A stretch of DNA of 61,550 nucleotides, filler included. It is 5 parts of 5 records of this genome, joined end to end, with 100 filler letters (N's around TTAATTAATTAA, not from the genome) between each part and the next. Parts side by side here need not be neighbours in the genome. Positions count along the whole stretch, not along the records: positions 5,808 to 35,614 come from SRR2962707_4864; 4 more parts are not named here. One strand, given 5' to 3'. Both the position numbers and the translations under genes were made by a program. The notes under the pieces were generated by a model, which saw only the letters and a list, made by a program, of their open reading frames with translations, made no database searches and was not told the DNA's origin. Below are positions 10,255 through 18,937 of the stretch, one piece after another; the first letter of the stretch is position 1, and the number at the start of each line of letters is the position of its first letter.

Positions 10255-11460
10255 GTGAAATACCTTTTGATGGCAGTATTGAGCCTCATTCTTGCCAGTT
10301 GTGGTACCGTTTATCGCACACCTAAAGTTGTCGAAGGCGCTGCAGGCGGGGCGAATGTTCGGGTTCTTGATCTGAACCCTGAAACGGTTATTCAGGCCAA
10401 CCGGTCGCCTTATTCGCCAAAAACGCTTCCGGCATTCTTTTCGCAGGCATCAAGCGGGGGTGCATTTTCTACCCCGGCAGCCCGCCCGGCCGCGCTTGCA
10501 ACGCGCTTGCCACCAAAGGTGAACCCCGGGCCGTATGAAATTGGCGTCGGCGATGTTGTGTTACTCGCGACACCACGTGCCCAATCGTCAGTTGAGCAGC
10601 TTTCCGGTTTGCTGGCCGCGCAGAATGCCCGGCAAGGGTACACCGTTCAAGACGATGGCGCGATCAACATCCCTAATGTCGGTCGTGTTCGGATTGCTGG
10701 TTTGACGATTGAGGATGCTGAAGTCGTTTTGTTTCAGCGGCTTGTTGAGAACCAGCTTGATCCAATCTTCAGTCTGGAAATTTCCGAGTTTAATTCGCGT
10801 AAAGTGTCGATCGGGGGGGCTGTTGCGCTACCAACGGTAATTCCTGTGACACTATCGCCGCTGTACCTCGAAGAGGCGCTTGCCGCAGCAGGTGGTATCA
10901 CCGTCGAAGACCAAGACTATGCGGCAATCCGTTTGTACCGCGATGGAACAATGTACCAGATCCCCCTCAACCAGCTTTATTCGCGTGTCAGCCTGACCAA
11001 GACGCGCCTGTTGCCGGGGGATTCGGTGTTTGTTGATACAGAATACGACCTATCGCAGGCGCGTGAAAATTACCAAGCCCGCGTGGAGTTGGGGGTCGAT
11101 GATCGACAGTATGTCTACCTCGCTGGTGAGGTCGGAAAACAATCGCGGTTTGCGTTGCCATTTGAACGCAAGGCAAGTCTAGCTGACGCAATGTACGAAT
11201 CCGATGGGATCGCATCTTTGACAGGTGACGTGTCGCAAATCTATGTTTTGCGGTCTTCGTCTGACCCCCGTGAATTCGGGGCGATCACCGCATGGCATCT
11301 TGACGCACGCAATGCCGCCAACTTTGCTTTGGCCCCACGGTTTGAACTGCGCCCTGATGATATCATCTTTGTCGCGCAGCAGCCTGTCACCAAGTGGAGC
11401 CGTGCCGTGTCGCAAATCCTGCCGCAAATCTTGAGCCTCGGTACTTCGATTACCGATTAA
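10255..11460 (+). CDS. wza: OPX/Wza-family polysaccharide export lipoprotein
   Basis: GTG start, lipobox LASC, PYEIGVGDV, YTVQDDGAINIPNVG, SLBB-like repeats, C-terminal amphipathic helix VTKWSRAVSQILP. Confidence 0.9.
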   Translation: MKYLLMAVLSLILASCGTVYRTPKVVEGAAGGANVRVLDLNPETVIQANRSPYSPKTLPAFFSQASSGGAFSTPAARPAALATRLPPKVNPGPYEIGVGDVVLLATPRAQSSVEQLSGLLAAQNARQGYTVQDDGAINIPNVGRVRIAGLTIEDAEVVLFQRLVENQLDPIFSLEISEFNSRKVSIGGAVALPTVIPVTLSPLYLEEALAAAGGITVEDQDYAAIRLYRDGTMYQIPLNQLYSRVSLTKTRLLPGDSVFVDTEYDLSQARENYQARVELGVDDRQYVYLAGEVGKQSRFALPFERKASLADAMYESDGIASLTGDVSQIYVLRSSSDPREFGAITAWHLDARNAANFALAPRFELRPDDIIFVAQQPVTKWSRAVSQILPQILSLGTSITD

Positions 11461-11479
11461 TCCTCGGCGCATCAGAACA

Positions 11480-11509
11480 CAAAAGGCCGGGCATTGACCC
11501 GGCCTTTTG
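11480..11509. terminator. Bidirectional rho-independent terminator
   Basis: caaaaggccggg-cattga-cccggccttttg perfect hairpin with A/T tails, between convergent genes. Confidence 0.9.
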
Positions 11510-11650
11510 CATCTCTGCGACGTAAGTAATCCCTATGATCCCCGAAAAGATACTTGGGCCGAACGCGATAACCGTATGACCGCTTGGCGGAATAAGACTG
11601 CCGTTACGCAATCTAATCCCTAGGTCGGTTTTCGCAGATACGGCACCGGA

Positions 11651-12672
11651 TCAGTTCAGATCCAGAACGATCTTTCCGATGTGTCCCTTCTCTCCAAACG
11701 CTTTCTGAGCGGCGCTGATCTCTCGAAGCGGATATGTTTCGGCCACCAAGGGCGCGATCTCGCTGCGTTCAATTCGTCCGATAAGATTGCCAAAGACCTG
11801 TGGCTCCAGCGCGGTGCAGCCGAAGAAGCTTAAATCCTTGAGGTAGAGCGTGCGCACGTCCAGTTCGACAATAGGCCCGCCAATCGCGCCAGCAACGGCA
11901 TAGCGGCCACCAGGGCGCAAGGCGTCCAGCAATGCTGCGACCAGATCAATGACGACATCGACCTGCTTTCCACCGAGAACGGAAAGGTAATCGTCGTTAC
12001 GGTCAAGCGTTTCGCTTGCTCCGAGGGCTTTCAGTTTGTCGGCCTTTGCCGCACTCGTGAATTTGCGCCGCGGGCTGATGCCAGTTGAACGGTCGCGGAT
12101 CCGACCCCGCCCGACGCCCCTGTCACCAGAACCGTTTCACCGGCCCTTACGGCAGCGCGTGTCAGCATGTTTTCGGCGGTAGAATAGGAACAGGGAAACG
12201 ATGCCAGCTCGACATCGCTTAGGTCACTATTTACCGGATAGGCATGCCGCGCCGCAACACGTGCGAATTCTGCAAAGCCGCCATCGCATTCTGATCCAAA
12301 ATACCACGGCGTCTCTAAGGTTTCTCCGTCTGCCTCGCGGATACAAGGTTCGATTAGAACCCGTTCACCGATACGGGCCGGATCGACCTGTTCGCCCACG
12401 GCAACGATACGTCCGCAGACGTCGGCCCCCTGAATGCGCGGGAAAGACAACGGCTTTCCAGACCAACTCGCATCTTCGGCATCGGCCTCGCTTTTCGAAT
12501 ACCAGGCCGTTCGGGTGTTGATATCGGTATTATTCACTGCGGCTGCACCGACCCTGACGATCACATCGCGCGCGCCGCGCTTTGGGACGGGCAAGTCGTC
12601 CCGCCATTGCAGTTTCTCAGGCCCCCCATGTCCCGTCAACACGACGCCGCTCATCTTGGTAGGTACTGACAT
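11651..12672 (-). pseudogene. Frameshifted MDR-family alcohol dehydrogenase / quinone oxidoreductase
   Basis: The N-terminal ORF (VNNTDINTR, QGADVCG, VTGASGGVG) goes out of frame near 12060. Protein-like sequence TSAAKADKLKALGA...VDVVIDLVA...YAVAGAIGGP...GKIVL continues in another frame to 11651. Confidence 0.85.
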
Positions 12673-12686
12673 GGAGTTCTCCTTGG

Positions 12687-12730
12687 GTAGAATGGTTTCT
12701 CTACTTGCTGGGGTAGAGGGATCGCTCTAC
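12687..12730. promoter_or_regulatory. Two 18-bp palindromic operators, probably for the adjacent TetR
   Basis: GTAGAATGGTTTCTCTAC (12687-12704) and GTAGAGGGATCGCTCTAC (12713-12730), both GTAGA-N8-TCTAC, in the 68-bp divergent intergenic region. Confidence 0.75.
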
Positions 12731-12740
12731 TACGTCAAGA

Positions 12741-13289
12741 ATGACAGATTACCAGAGCCAGATTGATGCCGGGCTCGAGCAGGCCTTCGCGACCTATGGC
12801 TTTGCCGAACCCAACATAGAAACCCTGCGCAAAGCGACCGGGGTGAGCCTTCGCACGCTGTATAAGTATGTCCCCTCGCGTCAGGAGATGATCCTGCGGG
12901 CGTTGGAGTATCGGCACCACCGCTATATGGCGCATGTGTTCGCCGAAACCACGCAGCCAGACCGGATGTCCTTGGAGGGCATCGTTGACCGTGTTGACCA
13001 GTGGATGAAGGCGGAAGCGACGCATGGCTGCCTGTTTCACGCGGCGGTTGCCTCGGCCCCGCAGGATGAAAAGCTGCGCGCGTTACTGGACCGGCACAAG
13101 GCCGAGATGGCCCAACGCACCGCTGAGGTGTCAGGCTTGCAGGGACACGAAGGCGAAATCTCCATCATCATCGAGGGATTGATGCAAAGCTGGCCATTAC
13201 GCGGCCCCGAGGCTGTCACGGCGGCAAAGACATTGTGCGCAATTCTATTGCAGGTAAACCGCCCTAGCAGTGGTTCTGAGAATTCGTGA
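12741..13289 (+). CDS. TetR/AcrR-family transcriptional regulator
   Basis: N-terminal HTH (FATYGFAEPNIETLRKATGVSLRTLYKY), HGCLF motif, divergent from the dehydrogenase. Confidence 0.9.
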   Translation: MTDYQSQIDAGLEQAFATYGFAEPNIETLRKATGVSLRTLYKYVPSRQEMILRALEYRHHRYMAHVFAETTQPDRMSLEGIVDRVDQWMKAEATHGCLFHAAVASAPQDEKLRALLDRHKAEMAQRTAEVSGLQGHEGEISIIIEGLMQSWPLRGPEAVTAAKTLCAILLQVNRPSSGSENS

Positions 13290-13506
13290 AAGCTGCATTG
13301 TTGTTACGCGCAGCAATCTTACCGTCTGAGTTCCGCCGATCTTTTGGCCAGCTCGAACCCCATTCTGCGGATAAATGGGGTATCTAATCTGTGCATTTCG
13401 GCAACACTGCATAGCTTGACCCCTAGTTTAGACTAATAACCGCCCAATTTCGGACACATATCCAATTTATCTCTGAACAGATCGTTGATCCTGACGGAGT
13501 GTCGGA

Positions 13507-14457
13507 ATGTATCTTTCAGTTGTTGTCCCTTGCATGAACGAGGAAGAATCGATCCCCGGTCTCGTGGTGCGACTGTCGCAAGCGATTAAGCCTTGGAAAG
13601 ATCAGGCCGAGATCATCTTGGTCGATGATGGGTCAACGGATGCGACCTGGAAGGCGATTGAGGCCGCGAAACTGACCTGCCCCCAGCTTGTTGGTGTGAA
13701 ACTATCGGCAAACAGGGGCCACCAGATCGCGTTGACCGCAGGGCTGGAAGCATCACAAGGCGACCGTATTTTTATGCTGGACGCCGATCTTCAAGATCCG
13801 CCAGAGCTGCTGACCGATATGATGTTCATGATGGATCGCGGTTTTGACGTTGTCTATGGCCGTCGCAGCGAACGCCGTGGCGAGACAATGTTCAAGAAAG
13901 CCACCGCGCATCTGTTCTATCGCTTTTTGAATGCAATGTCCGATGTGCCCATCCCTCAGGATACGGGTGATTTCCGTCTTGTGAATCGCCGGTCGCTGGA
14001 TGCTGTTTTGGCGATGCCGGAAAAAGCGCGGTTTATCCGCGGAATGTTTGCATGGGCCGGTTTCAAGCAGGTCGGCATCGAATATATCCGTGCGCCGCGT
14101 GAACTGGGCGAAACCAAATACCCCCTGCGCGCCATGATGCGGTTCGCAATTGATGCGATGACGGCGTTTTCAACTAAACCGCTTAAACTCGCGACACGGC
14201 TGTCATTCATCAGCTTGTTGATGGCGGGGCTTATGGCCGTCTATGTGATCTATTCTCTTGTTGTGTATCAAACAGCACCGGGCTGGGCGTCGGTCGTTCT
14301 GGCCGTCAGCTTTTTCTCGGGGGTGCAATTGCTGACCTTGGGGATATTGGGGGAATACATTGGCCGCCTTTATGTCGAAGCCAAAAACCGCCCGATGTAT
14401 TTCGTGAGCGAAGATACCCGCGACGTTGAACAATCCCCCCAGCGTTTGCGTGCCTAA
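13507..14457 (+). CDS. gtrB: GT2 polyprenyl-phosphate glycosyltransferase, GtrB-like
   Basis: SVVVPCMNEE, VDDGSTD, NRGHQIALTAG, LDADLQDPPE, DTGDFRL, two C-terminal TM helices, GEYIGRLY. Confidence 0.9.
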   Translation: MYLSVVVPCMNEEESIPGLVVRLSQAIKPWKDQAEIILVDDGSTDATWKAIEAAKLTCPQLVGVKLSANRGHQIALTAGLEASQGDRIFMLDADLQDPPELLTDMMFMMDRGFDVVYGRRSERRGETMFKKATAHLFYRFLNAMSDVPIPQDTGDFRLVNRRSLDAVLAMPEKARFIRGMFAWAGFKQVGIEYIRAPRELGETKYPLRAMMRFAIDAMTAFSTKPLKLATRLSFISLLMAGLMAVYVIYSLVVYQTAPGWASVVLAVSFFSGVQLLTLGILGEYIGRLYVEAKNRPMYFVSEDTRDVEQSPQRLRA

Positions 14458-14861
14458 TGCTGATATTACAGCATAAACTGGTTCGCTTCTGCCTCGTCGG
14501 GGGCGGCACGGCTTTGGTCTATGTGTTGTTGTACCTAGCGTTTTTGGCAGCGGAGTTGCCGCAGGTGTTGGCCAACGGGTTTGCCTTTGTGATGGCAGTG
14601 ATGCTGCAATATGCAGGCCAGGCGGCGTTCACCTTTGGCCGCCAGTTGAACGACCTTGGCCAGATCCTGCGTTTTACGGTGATGGTCGTGTTGGGGTTCG
14701 TCAGCTCTGCCCTAATTACGTCGATCTTGCCCACGATGATCGGCCTGCCTGATTGGGCCGCTGCCGTCTTTGTTGCGATATATTTGCCAGTTCAGAACTT
14801 TGTATTCATGACCTTGTGGGTCTTTGCACTGCCTTTTTCCAGAACGGAAATCACATCATGA
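14457..14861 (+). CDS. gtrA: GtrA-family small flippase
   Basis: 134 aa, four hydrophobic segments, RFCLVGG, FTF and WVF motifs, TAATG overlap with gtrB. Confidence 0.8.
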   Translation: MLILQHKLVRFCLVGGGTALVYVLLYLAFLAAELPQVLANGFAFVMAVMLQYAGQAAFTFGRQLNDLGQILRFTVMVVLGFVSSALITSILPTMIGLPDWAAAVFVAIYLPVQNFVFMTLWVFALPFSRTEITS

Positions 14862-15625
14862 GCCATATTTATAATGACACGTTTTTTGACTACATTAATC
14901 AAAGCGCGCGGGCCTCGGCCACGCCATTGATTGCTTTGCTGTTTCCCAAGCTTCAGCCGCAAAGCGTCATTGATCTGGGCAGCGGTCGGGGTGTCTGGAT
15001 GGATGAATGGCAGCGCGCTGGTGCAAGGGATATTTTGGCGGTCGATGGCGATTATGTGAACCGCGATCAACTGGCTGTCGCCCCCGAGGATTTTCTGGCC
15101 GCTGATTTGACGAAACCTGTGGAGACAGGTCGCCGTTTCGATCTGGCGCAAAGCCTTGAGGTAGGTGAGCATCTGCCAACAGAGGCGTCTGAAACCCTTG
15201 TGGATAGTCTGACAAATGCGTCCGACCGCGTGTTGTTTTCAGCAGCTGTAACCGGCCAAGGCGGCGAATTTCATGTGAATGAACAGCCGTTGTCGTTCTG
15301 GCAAGATTTGTTTGCCGCGCGCGGATATGTGGCATTTGATTGCGTGCGCCCAGACCTAAAGAACAATACGGATGTGGCACCGTGGTACCGCTATAACACG
15401 ATCTTGTATGTGAACGCTGCCGGTCGTGATGGGCTGCCTCGGGATATTCTGGATACCGAAATCGCTGCTGGTCAGCCTGTCAGGAACACGGGTCATCTGG
15501 GCTGGCGCATGCGGTTGGCGCTGGTCAAACTGCTGCCGCGTCCTGCGGTGACCTTTATTGCGCAGGTGCGGGCTTTGGTTCTGGCCATCCGCGCGCGCCG
15601 GACAAAGACAGTTGGCGCGGCGTAG
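14858..15625 (+). CDS. Class I SAM-dependent methyltransferase
   Basis: ATGA overlap at 14858; SVIDLGSGRG, FDLAQSLEVGEHL and GQGGEFHVNEQ motifs. Confidence 0.88.
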   Translation: MSHIYNDTFFDYINQSARASATPLIALLFPKLQPQSVIDLGSGRGVWMDEWQRAGARDILAVDGDYVNRDQLAVAPEDFLAADLTKPVETGRRFDLAQSLEVGEHLPTEASETLVDSLTNASDRVLFSAAVTGQGGEFHVNEQPLSFWQDLFAARGYVAFDCVRPDLKNNTDVAPWYRYNTILYVNAAGRDGLPRDILDTEIAAGQPVRNTGHLGWRMRLALVKLLPRPAVTFIAQVRALVLAIRARRTKTVGAA

Positions 15626-15639
15626 GCAGTACCGCAGCG

Positions 15640-17055
15640 ATGCCGACACCCCCAGCAGCAAATAACTTACGGCTCTGGCCCACCTTTGTGATGGCGTTCA
15701 TTGCGGTGATGATCATGTCAGCGATGAACTTGGCCGACCCGATGATCCGCCACGATGATTATCCTGCGCTATTCGCCGATGCGCCGATGTTCTGGAACAA
15801 GACCCTGCACGAAGGGCGCTGGCTGAATTATGTCTGGCACCTACGCCCGTTCGTCACCCCGCCTTGGGCGAACTTTGTCGTGTACCAAGGGCTGTGGGCG
15901 TTGGTCGTTGCATCCATCGCGGTGGTGGCAAGCGGGCGCAAAGGCACCGATGTGTTCACGGTGCTGATGGCGTTGATGCTGATGGTATCACCATCCGCGA
16001 TGTTGATTTCGGTGTGGTTCAACACGTTGATACCCGGTCTTGCTGTGGTTGCTCTGTTCGGGCTGCTGGCCTGCAAGGTTTCAAGCCGCATGTTGCGTGT
16101 GCTTTTGCCGGGGTTCGTGATCGTCAGCTTTATGGCTTATACGACGTATCCGCTGCTTTTGCTGGCTATCTGTATCGCCAAGACCGAGGACCGTTCCCTG
16201 CGGGATCTGGCCGGGCTGCTGTTTTTGTTCTGCGCCAGTTTTGTCGCGGCGGTTCTTACCGTTTATGCCCTGAACTGGCAGGTGCATGGCATCTTCGGTG
16301 TGCCCATGGCCGAGTGGCGCGAGGCGACATCGGCAAGCGGTATCTCGGGGATCGTGGAAAACCTGCCCAAGTTACGCGAATCGTTTCAGGTAATCTTTCA
16401 CCGCAACGGGTTTGGCTTCTTGCCTTTGATCCTGTTTTTCCCTGCGCTCACGGCCGTGTCATTCGTGATACTATTCAAGCGCGCGCCCCTTGAGGCGTTG
16501 TATATTCTCGCTGGGTTGGCCGTTGGGATTGCGCTGGTGACAGTGCAGGTTCTAAAGATCGGCGTTATTGTGCCGCCGCGCGCCTTTATCTTTATGTGGG
16601 TATTTGCCGTGTTGGCGATTGTCCGGGCGGTTCAACTGCTTGGCGCGAAAAGCGGGTTACCAAGTCGCTTGGGGCGGAATGCCATTATGCTGATCATTGG
16701 CGTCTATTCCATTCAAATCGTTATGTTTTATGGTCAATTTCGGGCTTGGCAGGCCGAGACCAAGGCAATTGCCCAGGACCTTGGGCCACTTGGCGGTGAG
16801 GTTTTCGTTTACGGCAATCCGATGCACATCACGTCAGGCAAAAAGGCGAGCATTCAGTCACGCGAAGCATTTTCGCTGCGGTTAAGGCATCTTACGGATC
16901 GGAAAGTCGTCAACTGTGATCTGGCACCTGATGATTGTCCGGCACATCCAGATTTGGGGGCAGCTGATCAAGGTGAAATTCACCTGCGGGCCACGGATGC
17001 GGGCCAGTTTGTGATTTTCACCCCGATTGAGGAACCTCAATCAGATCGGGACTGA
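15640..17055 (+). CDS. Polytopic membrane GT-C glycosyltransferase, GtrII/GtrC-like
   Basis: About 10-11 TM segments, acidic first loop RHDDY followed by EGRW, position after gtrB-gtrA. Confidence 0.65.
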   Translation: MPTPPAANNLRLWPTFVMAFIAVMIMSAMNLADPMIRHDDYPALFADAPMFWNKTLHEGRWLNYVWHLRPFVTPPWANFVVYQGLWALVVASIAVVASGRKGTDVFTVLMALMLMVSPSAMLISVWFNTLIPGLAVVALFGLLACKVSSRMLRVLLPGFVIVSFMAYTTYPLLLLAICIAKTEDRSLRDLAGLLFLFCASFVAAVLTVYALNWQVHGIFGVPMAEWREATSASGISGIVENLPKLRESFQVIFHRNGFGFLPLILFFPALTAVSFVILFKRAPLEALYILAGLAVGIALVTVQVLKIGVIVPPRAFIFMWVFAVLAIVRAVQLLGAKSGLPSRLGRNAIMLIIGVYSIQIVMFYGQFRAWQAETKAIAQDLGPLGGEVFVYGNPMHITSGKKASIQSREAFSLRLRHLTDRKVVNCDLAPDDCPAHPDLGAADQGEIHLRATDAGQFVIFTPIEEPQSDRD

Positions 17056-17964
17056 CAGCTCTGACAGCAGGGGTGGGTTTGCGCCCGCGCGTGACACGGT
17101 TATTGCGGCCACTTCTGCACCCAAACGCAAAGCTGCCTGCGCATCATCGGCCGATAGGGACGCGATCCCTTGCTTGGTCAGGCAACCCATTTGCGACAGC
17201 TTGGCCAGCACCCCGGCGTTAAAGGTATCGCCGGCCCCAACGGTATCAACGACATCTACCTTGCGGGCGGCAGATTCGGTGCTTTGGCCGCTTGCAAGAT
17301 ATGCCTTCGCCCCATCGCTGCCTTTGGTGACAATCACAAGTTTCGGCCCCTGAGCCAAGATTTCCGCCGCCTTGTCATCTAGCGTGGCGTCGCCATCAAT
17401 GATCCAGTTCAGGTCATCGTCCGACACTTTGAGGATGTCACAAACGGCGATCATTTTGGCCAAGCGTGCACGATATGCTGAGGGGTCGGTGATGAATTGC
17501 GGGCGGATGTTGGGATCAATCATAATGACGCGACTGTCAGCCTGATCGACGGCTAGCGCGGCATAAAAATCGGCGGCGGGCATCCCGATCAAGCTGATGC
17601 CACCAAAGTAAAGCGCGCAGGCGGTGCTGGGGATAACCGGAAGGTTTGCCATATCAAGGGAACGCCCCGCCGTGTTTTCATCGTAGAAAGTGTAGGTCGC
17701 GTTCCCGCCGGATAGTTGGACAAAAGCCAGCGTGGTGGGGCGATCCGAAAAAATCACATGCGACGTGTCAACATTGCTGGCGTGCAGCGCGTCTTGCAGT
17801 TGGGCCCCGAACATATCGGTCGACAGGCCAGAGACAAAACCAACCTCTTGTTCGAGCCGCCCCAAGGCACGGGCGGTGTTGAATACTGCGCCACCGACAT
17901 GGGGTGTGAACGCACCATCCCCTTCGATCATGTCGATCAATGCTTCTCCGCAACACAGTATCAT
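17041..17964 (-). CDS. PfkB-family carbohydrate kinase (fructokinase-like)
   Basis: GEALID, GGAVFNTA, DPNIRP and DTVGAGDTF motifs. Confidence 0.92.
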   Translation of the reverse strand: MILCCGEALIDMIEGDGAFTPHVGGAVFNTARALGRLEQEVGFVSGLSTDMFGAQLQDALHASNVDTSHVIFSDRPTTLAFVQLSGGNATYTFYDENTAGRSLDMANLPVIPSTACALYFGGISLIGMPAADFYAALAVDQADSRVIMIDPNIRPQFITDPSAYRARLAKMIAVCDILKVSDDDLNWIIDGDATLDDKAAEILAQGPKLVIVTKGSDGAKAYLASGQSTESAARKVDVVDTVGAGDTFNAGVLAKLSQMGCLTKQGIASLSADDAQAALRLGAEVAAITVSRAGANPPLLSELSVPI

Positions 17965-18074
17965 ACTGCCTCCAACCGCTGACTTTGGAGTTTGATAAGG
18001 GTGTGAGCGCTAACGGTCCAGAGAAAAGTTGGCTATCATCTTGGGTCAGTGGTGCCGACAGACATGCCAAAATA

Positions 18075-18198
18075 GCGGATTAGAGACGCATTTGACCAGT
18101 AGACCGACCGCTTTAGGTGGGTATGCTGATCGCTCTTTGTCAGATTTTCAAGAAAGGTTTCTGAGGGGAATCCGGCTCGCACTTCGTCTCTAAACCGC
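18075..18198. mobile_element. MITE-like or IS remnant with 14-bp terminal inverted repeats
   Basis: GCGGATTAGAGACG (18075-18088) and CGTCTCTAAACCGC (18185-18198) are 13/14 reverse complements; non-coding 124-bp span. Confidence 0.45.
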
Positions 18199-18201
18199 GG
18201 T

Positions 18202-18750
18202 TTAGTGTCTTATCTGAGTGCAAATTATCGGATCAGCGGTAAATATGCTGTCGCTATGTTCGGCCAGATAGATGCGAAGCCAGGGGGTGAATTTCTGGGG
18301 CTCTGCACGGGTTTGACGTGCCAGTTCTTCAAGCTCGATCCAGGAGGTGTCCATCACCTCTTCGGGGTTTGGCGTGACGCTGGTCAGCGCGATTGCATCG
18401 GCTGTGTAGATATCAACTAGTTCATGTTCGATTAGATCATTGCCGACATCCGCGCGATATTCGATCTGGTCACGGTGCATTAGACGCAGCCCGGTGATGC
18501 CCAGTTCTTCGTCCAGGCGGCGGTTGGCACAGGCCAATGCGGGTTCATCCCAAAACGGGTGGGTGCAACAGGCGTTCGCCCATAGGCCGGGGGTATGGTA
18601 TTTCGACAGCGCACGGCGTTGGATCAGGGTTTCGCTGCCGCGCATCACGAAAACGGAGATGGCTTTGTGGCGCAACCCGCGTTGGTGCACCTCGAGCTTC
18701 TCAACCGGGGTCAATATCCCGTTAACCCATGCCGGGATCATCGTGCGCAT
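18202..18750 (-). CDS. idi: Isopentenyl-diphosphate delta-isomerase type 1
   Basis: KLEVH, LRHKAISVFV, IQRRALSKYH, WANACCTHP, RRLDEELG, EHE and FTPW motifs. Confidence 0.93.
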   Translation of the reverse strand: MRTMIPAWVNGILTPVEKLEVHQRGLRHKAISVFVMRGSETLIQRRALSKYHTPGLWANACCTHPFWDEPALACANRRLDEELGITGLRLMHRDQIEYRADVGNDLIEHELVDIYTADAIALTSVTPNPEEVMDTSWIELEELARQTRAEPQKFTPWLRIYLAEHSDSIFTADPIICTQIRH

Positions 18751-18937
18751 AGCGATGCCTGTATAATTTGGCGGGTTAGGTTTGCCAATTTTCTGATCCT
18801 AGATTCGGTGCCGGGCACGGGCCAAGGCATCTTGGGTATCTGATATATACGCCCACGTTTCTGGAATTTGTATACTTAACATCGGGCGCGCGCGAATTTG
18901 AACGCGCGCGGTTCGCTGTTGCCCACGATCCAGACTG

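Noticed and set aside
10255-11460. Wza seems shorter than recalled Roseobacter homologs around DLSQARENYQARVEL
   Set aside because: Based on memory only; the frame and all core motifs are intact and no alignment could be run
18099-18116. GTAGACCGACCGCTTTAG as a third site for the TetR operator
   Set aside because: The right half has two mismatches and the site lies inside the MITE-like element, 5 kb from the regulator
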